From: Camelus dromedarius
Taxonomy: Eukaryota
DNA: 64,000 bases
Direction of reading: 5' to 3'
Assembly (NCBI RefSeq): GCF_036321535.1
Contig: NC_087437.1
Location: 118,360,001-118,424,000, forward strand
Positions within the stretch are counted from its first letter, which is position 1, and each line of letters opens with the position of its first letter. The notes below the pieces were generated by a model, which searched no databases, had not been told where the DNA came from, and saw nothing but the letters and a program-made list of their open reading frames with translations. Made by a program: the position numbers and the translations under genes. Shown here one piece after another: positions 24,802 through 37,270 of this stretch.

Positions 24802-24936
24802 AGTGAATTTAAAATATTGAAAGGAAATGTATTTACTAAAATCCTTTAAAAGGGGAAGCCTCTTTACGGTTCTTTGTTTCTTCTCCATCCCTCCTTTCCC
24901 CCTCCCCCTCCCCTCCCCCAACCCCACACTTCACAA

Positions 24937-25382
24937 TGTGTTAATGTCCTGCGGCCACTTTAACAATTCATCATAAGCTGGGTGGCTTTACCGCAAGATA
25001 AATTCGTCCCCTCCTGACCCTGGGGGCCTGAAGTCTGCGATCAAGGTGTCTTCAGAGTTGGTTCCTCCTGCAGGTTGTGAGGGAGGAGCCGTCCTCGCCA
25101 TCTAGTTCTGGTGGCTGCCGGGCCCTGTGGGCTTCGATTTGCAGCCGAATCGCTCAGGTGTCTGCCCTTCTTCGTATCATCTCTGTCGCCATCTTCTCCC
25201 CATCTGTCTGCTCCTTTCCTTCTCTTAAAGGACACTTGTCATTCATCTGGGGCCCACACTAAACTAGGATGCTCTCATTTGGTACCCTTAATTACAGCTC
25301 CCAAGAGGCTTTTTCTAAATAAGTTCACGTCCACCAGTTCCTGTCAGACATATTTTTGGGGGTCACCATGAACCCACCACAC
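24937..25382 (-). mobile_element. MaLR LTR (MLT1C/D-like)
   Basis: Antisense MLT1 motifs aagctgggtggcttt...gaagtctgcgatcaaggtgtc...aaggacacttgtcatt...tttttctaaataagttcac...aacccaccaca. Confidence 0.8.
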
Positions 25383-26007
25383 CTGGTATCTCTCACATGT
25401 TTGGCAGTACAGCACCTCTGATTTGTCTCCACCAACTCCCCCAGATTCCTCCTCACCCTCCCCACACTGGCTCTTTCCTCTTTCCCCAATTCCTCTTCCC
25501 TAATGAATTCCCCTTTTCTGTCCTAGGTGAACTGATACAGAGCATCTGGACTCCTGATGACCATCCCCCCACCCCGGCTCCCCAGCAGAGGTAAAAAGAA
25601 ATCTCCTTAGCAGGCTGGGGAGAGGAAGGGTGGTGGAATCTCTTTTCACCTTGTCAACAGCAATTCCCCCACATAAACCAATAAATAAGTAATTCAGAAA
25701 AGTACCTTTTCTTATGCTGACGATAAGAAATATTCATGCTCTAGTCGAACTGACACAGTACTTTCCAAGGTCATCTGTCACCAAGGCTGGGAACCTCTAA
25801 ATGTGAATCTCAAGATCTCAGGAATTATCATCTTTGGGATGGTCCTAGGGTTTCAATTTGAAAGCCCTATCTGGTTCTTGAAATATAATGATAAACACCC
25901 AACTTGATAAATGTTAGATTTTTCCTATTATTTTGTGGCCATGTTCAGATTTCAGTTGAAGTGCACTAGAAAAATAGCAGAATCAAACATGTGGAGGTTG
26001 AATGTCA

Positions 26008-26087
26008 GTGTGTATACATATGTGTGTGCATGTGTGTGTGTATGTGCATACATACATGTGTAGATGTGTACACATACATGTACACAG
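26008..26087. repeat. Mixed (TG/CA/TA) alternating purine-pyrimidine tract
   Basis: Read directly. Confidence 0.85.
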
Positions 26088-26569
26088 TGTTACTAGTTTG
26101 TTGAAATCCCAACACTCATTCTTGCATTTTCCTATATTTGCTTCTATTTTGTTAATCTTCCAATTACTTTCTTCCCTAATCTTCCTCACTCTCAAAGAAA
26201 TCTGATTCAAGATTAAATAGAGGAAGTTAAAGTCTCTTTAAAACACTGTTTATAACAATGACGCTTGTGCACTCACCCAGCCAAGATGCTTCTGTGATGT
26301 TTTCCTGTTGTCCTGTTAAATGTTTTTCTTTCCTATTAATTCCTCTGTTAATTTTTTATCGCTTTATTCTTAATTATAGCAATGTGTTTTCTCGACATTA
26401 GGTGGCTCTCAATTTGCTGTTTGCCATTTATGATCTTCTGTGTTTGAATGAATGATTCAGTGGTTACTCAATTTAAATTTCAGAATATCCATTCAAGGAC
26501 GAACCACGAATGCATCTATCTCCTGTCTACCTAATTTCCTCACGTGCTATTTTATCATTTATATCCAAC

Positions 26570-26850
26570 CAGTGGTTCTCAAAGTGGAACTGTGAGTGAT
26601 ATTTTGTAATATTCTTATTCACAGAATGCAATGATCCACAGTCATGGAAAACAAATAGCAAACCAACTGCAGGGGCTTGTGGCTGCTGTGGTATCCAAAT
26701 TCTGTAACCACAAGAGTAAAGAGAATCAAATTACTTCCCTTCCTATTATTTTCCTTAGATCGGATTTCCAGAGATCAAGTTTACTTATGACAAATGAACA
26801 CCTGGGCTCTCCCTTCTCTGCTTGATTTATGGAGTAAAACCTTTGGAAAG
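26570..26850. mobile_element. Possible hAT-Charlie DNA transposon relic
   Basis: Starts with the Charlie-type TIR cagtggttctcaaagtg; body not confidently assigned. Confidence 0.35.
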
Positions 26851-27164
26851 AAAGGAACACATTCTAAGTGAGAAATTCAATGATAATAATTTTATGATGA
26901 AAATAGCATTTTAGGGTGAGGGATGGGTGAACTGGCCCTTCGTCCAATGTCACACCCCTGTGACGTTCCCAGCAAGCCGAATGTCTTGAGAATTTCATAT
27001 GAGCCCTGATGGCTTGGACCAAAAGGGACGGAGGATGAAATAAAAGCAGGCTACTGGACAGCCCCACCTGCCCTGCTGCTCCCCCAGCCCCAGATTCCAC
27101 TGGCAGGAGGTGGGTTAATAAAACTGTCCAGCTGCCAGTGGTGCTGCCTCGCCTGAGAACGGAG

Positions 27165-27531
27165 AGAGGACTCAGGATAAAACTGAGAGCCCAGAGGTGG
27201 AGCCGAGGGCCCTGGGAGATTGCTCTCAAGCCTTGAGAGCTAGTCGGGTTTGCCTGCCTGGGTTTCAGAGATGTTTTGGATTGGTGACCTCATGCCGTTG
27301 AGCAGGAATAGCTGTCGCTGTTAACCCATGCCTGTTCCTCTGCTGTATCTTGGGGGCCGGAGACACAGGTCTGTCGATTTGGAGGGATGGTGCCTGGGAG
27401 CTGATGACTCAACTACACTTGATTTAGACGAGATTTTTGGACTTTGAGTTGATGCTGTGATGGGATGAGAACTTTAAGGGCTTTGGGAAGCTTCAGGGAT
27501 GGGAGTGGATCCTGAGGACCAGAGCACAGAC
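27165..27531 (+). mobile_element. MaLR internal sequence (MLT1-int 3' end)
   Basis: gatttagacgagatttttggactttgagttgatgctgtgatgggatgag matches the recalled MLT-int 3' end and lies directly before an MLT1 LTR. Confidence 0.7.
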
Positions 27532-28120
27532 TGCGGTAGGCAGAACTTTGGTCCCCATGACTTTGACCCCTGGTGTTACCACCATAAATGTTACATAACA
27601 TGGCAAAAGGGACTTTTCAGATGTCATTAAGGCTACAAATAAAGTGACCTTAAGAGAGAAAGGTGATGCTGGGTTATCCTGGTGACTACAATGCACTCGC
27701 ATGACCCCTTAAAAAAGGAGGAGAGGAGGGCAGAGAGGAGGGCGGAGAGATAAGAAACATGAGCCGTGTTCCGTAGGCCCTTGCTGGCTTTGAAGAGGGA
27801 AGGCCATGAGCTAAAGCAGGTGGAGGCCTCTAGAAACTGTGACTGACTTCTGGGCACCAGCCAGCAAGGAAAGGGAGACTTCTGCCCTACAGATGCATGG
27901 AGCTGAATTGCCCCAACACCTGAGCAAGCCTGGAAGAGGACTCTTCCACAGAGCCTCCCAGCCTGGCCAACACTTTGATTTTGCTTGTTTGGAGCCCCAA
28001 GAAGAGAGTCCAGCCATGCCACACAGGCTTCTGATCTGCAGAACCGTGAGATAATAGATTTGTTTTGTAAGCCATTGAGTCAGAGGTAAGTTGTTACGGC
28101 AGCGATAGAAAAAGAATATA
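27532..28120 (+). mobile_element. MaLR LTR (MLT1E-like)
   Basis: 5' tgcggtaggcagaa, internal catggcaaaagggacttttcagatgtcattaagg, ttgctggctttgaag and cagaaccgtgagataata, 3' gttgttacggcagcgatagaaaaagaatata. Confidence 0.88.
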
Positions 28121-28654
28121 CCTTCTCAGGCATCTGAAAGAAAAGACCCTTCTCATCAGCCAAGGCAATCCCAGGCTCCCTGGCCTTTGTTCCTCCACTG
28201 ACAGCAGGTGGAACAGCCCTAAAGGAAGGTTCATTTGCATAAGACACAACTCCTGTGACACAATATCATGCAGCACAATGTAATTCCACCTCCTTGCCTA
28301 AAATATGTGCACATTTTAGCTCACCCTAGAAGTTTCCCCTCCAGCAATCGCTGTTAGGTAACAAATTTTACTTGAAATAAAAATAAGGCTTCAGATTTTT
28401 ATTCAGATGATTTTTATAGGAAACTATAAGCCTGAGGTTTTCACCCAGGCTGAGTTCTCAAAGGCTCTGTGGGAACTGGGACGAGGGAAGAGGGAAAGCG
28501 GCCAGAGGATCGGGTTGGGTGACCTACAGCCATGGTTAAGTAGGATGGAACGACTGCATTCAGAGGGGACACCAGGAGACAGAGCAAGAGCAGGTCCTTG
28601 GGGCCACGGTGCACAGCTGTACTGTCCTGCAATTTTTATTATTTTTGCTGCAAA

Positions 28655-28832
28655 CCTACCTGCCCTCCCTAGTCCCCAGCCCTGCTCTGTTTTTCTTTAT
28701 AGCACTTGTTAATGTTTATTCTCCAGAGTGTAAATTCCACAAGGACAGAGATTTACGTCTGCTTTATCCACTGCTGCTTTTAGCCAGCTCCTTGAGTAGC
28801 AGACATAGTAGGTCCTCAGTAAAGTATTAATT
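28655..28832 (+). mobile_element. LINE L2 3' end
   Basis: ccctgctctgtttttctttatagcactt...agagtgtaaattccacaaggacagagattt...acatagtaggtcctcagtaaagtatt. Confidence 0.75.
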
Positions 28833-28939
28833 GGAAAAAAAAATTTGGACTTTAAAAAGATTGGGGGTGGCTAAGAGTGGGTATTGGTCTAACACAGTAA
28901 TTCACTTGAGAGATGGAGATGGTAGCGACTGGACTAAAG

Positions 28940-29792
28940 TAGTAAATTTTACTCTCATAAAGGACTGCAGTACTCAATTTACAATTAATAATAATATATA
29001 TATAATATTCTTTATTGTTAATTCCATGTAGAAAATTGATTCTAAATTCCACACAGCAAGTTGATTCTCACAACATGTCTTTATTCATTTTGGCAGAATT
29101 CGTATCTACAGCAAAACTATGTTTGAACTGATGAAATTTCTGACATGAATACTGGCTGATATTTTTGTTTGTAAGAGTGACAAAAGTGACATAGTGAGGA
29201 TGTATGTGAGAAGTTCACTCATTGGTCAATGACCTGACCTATTTCTTTGCTGAATGAGTTTATAATTTTTGAACATTGGAAGACTATTTCCTCAAAATTT
29301 TAAGTCACTCACCATGATGGCTAAAGTCACGACACACTTTCAGGGTTAAATGTTAATACATTCCCTCCCATTCTTTCTTAGTTGTAGACAACTAACAATA
29401 AATGAATCAAACAACAAATCAAGCTCCAGCTGGTAACGTTTGCCAATTTGCATGGTGAAAATGCCCTCATCAGGGCAGACTTCTAGTTGCCAGTGTGACA
29501 TCACTGAAGGCAGGATAGGGGAGGGATACAAACTGGATAGGATTTCCACCAGGCGGGTACCACTGTTGAAAATAATCTCAAGATCATAGGTAATAATAAA
29601 GTTCAGTTAGGAAGAGATGGTTTTGAATATTTATTACCTTTACTTTAGTATAATTTATTTACTTGTAAGTTAATATAATTTAACTTTTAGTAACTAAATT
29701 TTTATAATTTGATATTTAACAACCAGTTGACAAAGTTCTGGAAAATTTAACAATCAGCTGTTATGAGTCAATGCAAGCCAACTCCAGCACAC
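28940..29792 (-). mobile_element. hAT-Blackjack DNA transposon (MER63-like)
   Basis: Right end ggaaaatttaacaatcagctgttatgagtcaatgcaagccaactccagcacac is the reverse complement of the recalled MER63 5' end; AT-rich body. Confidence 0.7.
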
Positions 29793-29814
29793 AAGGAGCG
29801 CAGAAAGAGCGGTT

Positions 29815-30185
29815 CCAGGAATGACGCTAGAAGCTTGGCTTGCTTAACTAGATAGACAGTCTGTCACTCACTTAGAGAGGAAGCAGAGGAGAGAACCACT
29901 TCAGTATGGAAAGGAAAGGGAGGCTATTGGGACCATGAAATTAGAATCAGACATGTCAACAAAACTTCCATTTGGAGATGCCCAGTTAATAATTGGATGC
30001 ACACGTCTGGAGCTCAGACGAAGACCAGGGATGAAGAAATAATGTAGTGAGGCATTTGTCTGTGGATGAAAAGAAGCTGTGGGCATGGAAGCAGTTCCCA
30101 AGGGAGAGAGTATAAAGTGAAAGAAGAGGAGACAGGTCCAAGCCCTGAAAAACTACATTCAATGGCCAGGTAAGGACAAGCCTGT
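29815..30185 (-). mobile_element. LINE L2 fragment
   Basis: tggagatgcccagttaataattggatgcacacgtctggagctcaga...caagggagagagtataaagtgaaagaagagg. Confidence 0.7.
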
Positions 30186-30784
30186 AAATGATGTGGAGGA
30201 TGGTCCGTCTATAACCGAGCAGGACTCTATTGTCATCGGTGACCATCTGACACCTATAATGGTTTTGTGACTGCTTCACTGTGTACTGGTTTAAAGGGTT
30301 TCTCTCAGGCTCTTGCTGACCAGGGTTGGGCCAGAGAGGAGGGAGGCTTCGGTGGTCCACCCAACGCCCTCTTGGTGCTGCACGCAGGGATCATGCTCAG
30401 TGCCCTATTCTTGACCCCAGTGCCCTGCTCTTCACCCCAGTGTCCTCCTCTTGACCCCTTGTGGTTTCCTTATATCCTGTTGTTCTGGCTGCAGGACTCA
30501 GCCTGCAGCTGGAGGTCCCAGGCCTCAGCCTGCTTAAAAGGCTAAAAGCATTTATCCACCTGACTTTAAACTGCACAAGTTTCTCTCTAGAGCTTTTTTC
30601 CATGAAGCCCTCTCCTATGAACCCTTTGTTCTAGGAACAAGGCTATTAAGAGAGTCCTGAAGCCAGAGATAAACTTCACACCCAGCAGAGGGAAGGGACC
30701 ACTGCATCTGCAAAAACAAGAACACACCAAAGGGATGAGAGGAAACCCAGATGCAGTGCTACACAGGCTGAGAACAGAGGCTGC

Positions 30785-31040
30785 TGTGGGAAGTCAGCAG
30801 TGTTGAGAGCTCCCAAGCCGTTTAAGTGAGATGAGGCCTTGAGGTTATTGATGACTTTAGCAAAACTATTTCAGTGCAGTGTTGGGTGGGATCCAGGTGG
30901 CAAAGAAATGAAGAGCAAACTGCAAATCAGGAAATAGAGACAGAAAATATAATATTTTTCTTTCTAGAAGCTTGGCAGTAAACAGGTAAAAAAGGATAGA
31001 CTCAGATGTGAGGTAATGTAGAGTTGAGGGAGGGCATTAT
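30785..31040 (-). mobile_element. LINE L2 fragment
   Basis: gaggttattgatgactttagcaaaactatttcagtgcagtgttgggtggg...tttctagaagcttggcagtaaac. Confidence 0.6.
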
Positions 31041-31159
31041 TTTATGGAAAATGAAATCGAAGTTGTTGTTCAACTCCAAAGCCAATGAATAGAATCCAGT
31101 AGAAAGATACAAAATTCAAGGGAGAATGCAAATAAGTGATCATTTCATAAGAACCTGGA

Positions 31160-32400
31160 AAGATTCAAAAATAGATCCGAATTCACATGGGATTTTATTG
31201 TATGTTTAGAGTGGGCATTTCATATATAGCCACTCAAAGAATAATTATGAATCTATACTTAAAACCATAAATCAAAATAAATTCCAGAAAAAAAAATCTT
31301 AGAAAATGGAAATTACAAAAGTATCATAAGTGTGGATGAACTGTTGTTAATTATCTTGAAGTTCGAAAGCCCTCTGTAAGTATGACAATAACCTAGAAGT
31401 CATGAAAGAGAAGATGGATGAATTTGACTACATGAAAGGTTTTTTTTTAATCTGCACAACAAAACATCACAAAGCACAAGACAGATGGGAAACTCAGAAA
31501 AATTTTCAGCTCATGTCACAAAGGGCTAACTTCCTGAAAAGAGAAAAAGCACCTAAAAAGCCCTATGAAGAGCAGCAAGTCAATGGGAAGATGAGCAAAG
31601 ATTACGGCAGTTCTCAGAAAAAACAGCTCAGAGGGCGGCACAGCAGTCAGGTTCAACATCACAGCTTCTAAGAAAAAAGTGCCAGGTGAAACTACATTGA
31701 CGTACCATTTTCTAATCAATTCGGTTGAAAACCATTTTTGTAAGTTTGTTTACACACTGACTTTGAGAAGAAGTCAGGAAATGGACATTTTCATTCATGC
31801 GGGGGGTGCTCAAGTGTAAATTGGCAGAGCCTCGGTGGGCATAATTAGGTATTTAAAAATTACAAATAAACCTACATTTTGAACTTGTAGTTTCACTCCG
31901 GGAGTTTATCCTACAGCTTTGAGTGACAGTGTGCTGTATTTGATAAATTTTTAAGATACATCTTAGAAATTGGAATGAGTTTGACAATCGACACTGTCAT
32001 GTTTTAATCCACAGCATTGTTTTCTTTGTTGATGGTACATAAAATAAGAGAGTGCCTTATTATTAAGGCATCTTAGATTAGCTGATGTCAATTTGTAGAC
32101 GATCACTCATTATAGCAGGATTCAGGAAAAACAAGGAAAGCCAAGCATGAAACCGTATATCTTATAGACACGTATGTATTCTCACACCTAACCATTTGCT
32201 TGCATACACGCACAACAGCTCTGGCACGATGCTGGTAACCTCAGCTGCCTCCAAGGGAAGGGAGCTGGGTGGCTGGAGGACAGGCCTGGAAGAAATTTTC
32301 ACTTTCTTTTTTGTATTTTGTAAACATTGTGCAGATGGATCATCTAAAAACTATAAAAGTATATTGTCTAAAAATAAATATTATTGAAAACATTAAAAAA
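31160..32400 (+). mobile_element. Ancient L1ME-type ORF2 end and 3'UTR, interrupted by MER104
   Basis: aaaataaattccaga...gaagtcatgaaagagaagatggatgaatttgactacatgaaa...gtgtaaattggcagagcct...gctgcctccaagggaagggagctggg. Confidence 0.65.
31935..32085 (+). mobile_element. TcMar-Tc2 MITE (MER104-like)
   Basis: ctgtatttgataaatttttaagat...gacaatcgac...tggtacataaaataa...ggcatcttagatt matches the recalled MER104. Confidence 0.7.
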
Positions 32401-32502
32401 ATCTATCATCCAGGCTATAAATATTGCTTTGTCTTGGCTTCACAGTGATGCTTACCTTTCAACTGACTAGGTATCCACTAGCCACTAGGCCTGGAGGATG
32501 CG

Positions 32503-32580
32503 AAGGGAGGTAGTGGGGATTGAACCCAGGACCTAGTGCATGCTAAGCGTGTGCTCTACCACTAGAGCTATACCCTCCTT
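32503..32580 (-). mobile_element. tRNA-derived SINE, camelid Vic-1 type (tail missing)
   Basis: ggggattgaacccaggacctagtgcatgctaagcgtgtgctctaccactagagctataccc. Confidence 0.88.
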
Positions 32581-32588
32581 CTTTAATT

Positions 32589-32629
32589 AAAAAAAAAATA
32601 TATATATATATATTTAAATACTAATATAT

Positions 32630-32661
<32 letters not shown>

Positions 32662-32667
32662 TACACA
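32589..32667. repeat. A-run plus (TA)n/(CA)n compound microsatellite
   Basis: Read directly. Confidence 0.9.
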
Positions 32668-32839
32668 ACAGTGATTTTACACATTGACGGGGTCAGTGGT
32701 GACCCAACTAATGTCACCCAGTGGCATCAAAATGTCTGTGTCAGAACGTTCTCCAAGTCAAGCAGTGAAACGGTCCTGCTTCTGTGCAGAAGGTCAGCTG
32801 TGACAGTGCCACCTGGGAGGGCCAGGTCTCCTGCCCGGG

Positions 32840-32935
32840 TCTGCATGTTCCTTGAGGCCATCTCTATATTCTCATCGCCAGGCTGGGTGCCTGGCACATG
32901 TGGGTGGTCAGTAAGTACCTACTGAATGCATGAAG
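32840..32935 (+). mobile_element. LINE L2 3' terminus
   Basis: gggtgcctggcacatgtgggtggtcagtaagtacctactgaatgcatgaa. Confidence 0.65.
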
Positions 32936-33639
32936 ATGGGGCATGGGGCTGTTGAAATCCTAACAACCAGGAGCCAGACCTGCCTTGGACCGCCCCTCAG
33001 ACTGCAGGTGGAGGGGTCTGAGTAGGTCACCCAATGCCTCTGAGTCTTGGTCCATCCATAAAGCGGCTGTAACAGAACTCTACTTACCATGGAAATAAAA
33101 AAAAAGGATCTATGCACAGGTGCTCCTGTAGTTCAGGGAACAAAATTAGGGCGCAGTGTATTTTTTTAATTATGCTGATTACCACAGGGAAGGAGTTTTG
33201 GCTGGTGGGCAGGGTTGGGTTGTGCCACCCCCAGGGGACGGTGGGGGTGGCAATGTCTGTGTTCTCAGGACGTGATGCCCCCCAACAGGGCTCCACTCAG
33301 CCATCCCTGCAGGGGACACAATGTTCAGCAAATGAAGTAAAAACCTGTATTGTTGGAGTTTCTGTCTAAAACTGCTATGAGGAAGCACCTATACCTTGTT
33401 TGCTGAGGGCTGCTGGAGAAACCAGGTACCTACCAGCATCGCTGTAGCTACAAGTTCTAGGATGCTAATTTCATCCTAGAGCCAGCGGCCCTGTGGTCCC
33501 TTTCAGGCCCCTTCTCAGAGTCCCCACTCAGCCCCACAACAGCTGTTTCACACCTTTGCTTCAATTCTTATGGCTGTCCACCCACTGCCCTTCCTGGGTT
33601 CTTAGGAAACCACCTCACAATCTATTTCACTGAGAAATC

Positions 33640-34105
33640 CCAAGTTGCTTATGAAGATACAATTCACATGCCATACAATTTGTCCATTTGATATGGATCT
33701 ATACTCCTTCTTCATTGCCATGTAATATTCCCCATGTACACCACATTTTATTTATCCATTTATCAGTTGACAGATACTTGCCTTGTTTTCAGTTTTTGGC
33801 TATTATGGGGGGAAAAGCTGCTATAAACATTCTTGCACAGATTTTTGTGTGGACATATGTTTTTATTTGTCTGGGGTATACACCTAGGAGTGAAATGACT
33901 GGGTCATATGGTAACTGTATGTTTAGCCACTTGAAGAATTTTCAGATTGTTTTCCAAAGTGGCTGCACCATTTACATTCCCACCTGCAGTGGATGAGGGT
34001 TCTAATTTTTCCACCTCCTGGCCAATACCTTTTATTGTCTGTCTTTTGGATTCTAGCCATCCTGTTTGGGATGAAGTTTCATCTCACTGTGGTTTTGATT
34101 TGCAC
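33640..34105 (-). mobile_element. L1MB-like 3' region
   Basis: tacaattcacatgccatacaattt...ccacattttatttatccatttatcagttga...gggtatacacctaggagtgaaatgactgggtcatatggtaact...catctcactgtggttttgatttgca. Confidence 0.88.
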
Positions 34106-34409
34106 AGCTAGTCTTCAGGTTCTTGAAGACCTCCATATAATCATATTAAGTATATGATGTTATATATTATGTAAAATATAAATAAAAATATAATAGAAAC
34201 ATATAGTACATAAAACATAATAAAAATAGGATAGAAAGTTAGCAGGAAAACAAGCCAACCCTAAATACCTATACTAAGAAACATGTAAACCCATTATGAC
34301 ACATTTATTTAGTGGCGGCAGTTAAAAAGGATGCAGTAAGTCTTTTTGGTAGTGACACTGAAACATCTGATGCCAGCCACGCAGATCATGTGCTGACAGC
34401 ACCCGTCTT

Positions 34410-34570
34410 TACCAGATCCTTCCCTTCTCAAACCAGGAGTTCCCTTCTGAACCAGGTACATCCGGGATCCCATCTCCTCACACCTCCTGGGGACTTCCTC
34501 TCCATCATTTCTATATCCTTTCTTACCTTTATCATCGACCGTAGAAAAATTCCCTTTCTGCTGGTGTTTC
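34410..34570 (+). mobile_element. LINE L2 ORF2 fragment (probably continuous with an L2 fragment at ~33500-33635, split by the L1MB)
   Basis: ggatcccatctcctcacacctcctggggacttcctctccatcatttctatatcctttctt; upstream piece ctatttcactgagaaat. Confidence 0.5.
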
Positions 34571-34634
34571 CTCCACGAACATTGGATGCTGCAGAGCCTC
34601 GGAGGCAAGGGCTGGAAGAACTGCAGTCCTGCCG

Positions 34635-34792
34635 CTCACTTAGCAAGCTGCGTGTCTCCCACTGTGCTCGTCATCTGTAAGGTGCCACCCCCCGAAGCTG
34701 CCGTGAGGATGCTCTGAAGTGATGTATCTAAAGCACTCAGAGCAGTGCCTGGCACGTAGTAAACGCTAGCATTTGTTATGGTACTTATTATC
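34635..34792 (+). mobile_element. MIR SINE
   Basis: tcatctgtaagg...gccgtgaggat...atgtatctaaagcactcagagcagtgcctggcacgtagtaaacgct. Confidence 0.8.
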
Positions 34793-34799
34793 TTCAACA

Positions 34800-37270
34800 C
34801 TGTGTTCACAGTTCGAATAAATAGTATGTGCAAATGATACAAAACTTAAGACAAAAATGTTATACAGTAGGATGTAAGTTTCTCTCCAACTCCCTTTGCA
34901 CAGCCTTATCCCAGAGGCAAGCACTGTTCCCAGCTGCTTGGATACCTCACAGAAGTGGGTATTCTGTACTTATTGCAAAATATGGTGTGAGTGAGAATTA
35001 TACACAGAATAGTCTCCTGAGCACAACGTTCTTGCTTTTGATGTTTTTCACTTCATATTTATTTTGGTGATGTTTCAATGTCAGTACCAAAGACTTACCT
35101 CCTCCTTTTTAACTGCTGTGGCTCAAAGAATGTGTCATAATGGACTTATCTGTTTCCTGATAATGATATTTAGGTTTTGTTTCTTTTTTTTTCCTACTAG
35201 CTTTCTATTTAAAAAAAGAATAGTGCAAGGCCTCGTACAGGTAAGAATTTGTATAAGCGTGAATGTATCTGCAGATAAATGATTAGAAGAGGAGTTTTCA
35301 AGTCAAAAGAGAACTGTACTTTCATTTTATAATTAAATATCATAAATGCATAATATTGACATATTAGTTATATTATTGATATATTGTGTTAAATATTATA
35401 TATACATAATCATGAATATATAATTTAATCAAGCATAATTAAAATATATAATAAATATTGCCAAGTTTGCCTTCAGAAGATGTCCCAAGTGAGCCTTCCC
35501 AGCCACAGTGCAAAAGCCTGTCTCTCTCCTCCCATTTTCCCCAACAAGCAGTGTGATCTTTGATCCATGTCAACTGGATGCATGAACAACAGAATCCGGG
35601 TATAGTTTCAATTTGCATGATTCTTAAATTGACTGAGAAGGAACACATTTCCATGTGTCTAGGAGTTTGTATTTGTGTAGGGAGGAGTGGTGGGAACTGT
35701 CTCTGTATGTCTTTTACTCAATTTTGTATTTTATTGTTATTTTCTTCCATTGGTTTGTTAGAAAAATTAACCCTTTGATCATGATAAAAGTTGCAAACGT
35801 TTTTGCAAGATTGTCATTTGTGATTGAATTTGTTTGCTGTGAAGTTTTTCCTGATTTCAGGACTGTGTGTTGTCAAATTTACCAAGGTAGGTCTTGTGTG
35901 ATTCTTACAGAGAAATTCCTCATTTTGTATTTACTGTTAGTGTTTTCATTGTTTCCTTCCTTTGTGTATATTTATAGTTTGAGCAGTTGAAAATTTGTTT
36001 TCTAAAATTTGTTTTTTCCAAATACTATGTAGTTGTCGCCACAATCCTTACTTAACAATTAATGTTTTCCTCTCTAATTTAAAATATCATCTTTAAATTC
36101 TTGTATCTAATTGAGTCTACAGATGAGGCTCTTTTCCAATTATCTGTGTTTTCTAACGCCAGCATCACACTGATTTAATTATTGTGATTGTATTTAAAAG
36201 TTCTTTTTCAGAAAGCTTATTTATTCTTCCCTTTGAAACATGCTAAATGTAAACAATAAATTAATAAAAACAAGTAAAAATGCTATTAGGTTTTTATTTT
36301 GATGATATTAAATGTACAGATTAACTAAGGGAGAATCGCCAGCTCTATAAAGCTGGGTGAGTTCCGTCTCAGCACAGGGTACACCTCTCCACGTATCGAG
36401 TCTACTGTGTTCTTTCATAGTGTATTGAACATTTTCTTCATCATGATCGTCACCATTTTTTGGTAAGTTTACCCCTAGTTATGTCACGCTTTTGTTAACG
36501 TTATAAATGGCTTTTTTCCTTCCACTGTAACCTCCCTCTCCTGGTTACAGGACAATTGACTCCTGTATATTAACAGTTTTATTCTGACACTTTCTGGTTT
36601 CTCTTGTTGTGTGCAATTGCTTTTCAACTGTTTCCTCTTGATTTTTCCACTTTTTTTCCCTAATAAAAATATTACTTCATCCACCCTTCATTTCTTTCTC
36701 TCTTCTAATTAAAGTAAATTACAGAAATCATGGATCACCAAAAAACAGAGATATTCCTCTACATACACACAAATCATGATCAGACATAACAAAGTTAACT
36801 GTTATAATACCCAGTGCGTGTTCTAATATGTCCAATTGATCCCAAAATGGCTTTTATAGCAGGAAACAATCAGAGACCAAAAATTGCATTTGGTTGTTAT
36901 AGCTTGAGTCAGATATATTTCATATTTGATGAGGAAGTGTATAGCTATTCTTTTCTTAATAATAATTTAGAAGTTGACTGTATCAACTGTCTTTTCAGCA
37001 TCTAAGGAGAAGGTTATAAACTTTTTCTCTTTTGCTCTATTAATGTGGTGAATTATTCCTCAAAGATTTCCTAATACTGAAGGAAGCTTGTATTCCACGA
37101 ACGGAACTCCCCTAGTATGACTTTCTCCAGTGTGTGGCTTAATGTTACTAAGTGAGGTTTGCCTGTGGCTTTTGTTTTTCATACTGTTTTTTATAACCTT
37201 TGACAGCAAAGCTGTGTTTGTTTCAATCTTTTAAAAAGTAAGAGTTTCTCTATCTACACTCGGACATAGG
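34800..37270 (-). mobile_element. Ancient L1 (L1ME/L1MC-type) fragments, highly decayed
   Basis: Long T-rich antisense L1-like segments (gtagttgtcgccacaatccttacttaac; attaaatgtacagattaactaagggagaatcgcca; ctattaatgtggtgaattatt...gatttcctaatactga). Confidence 0.6.
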
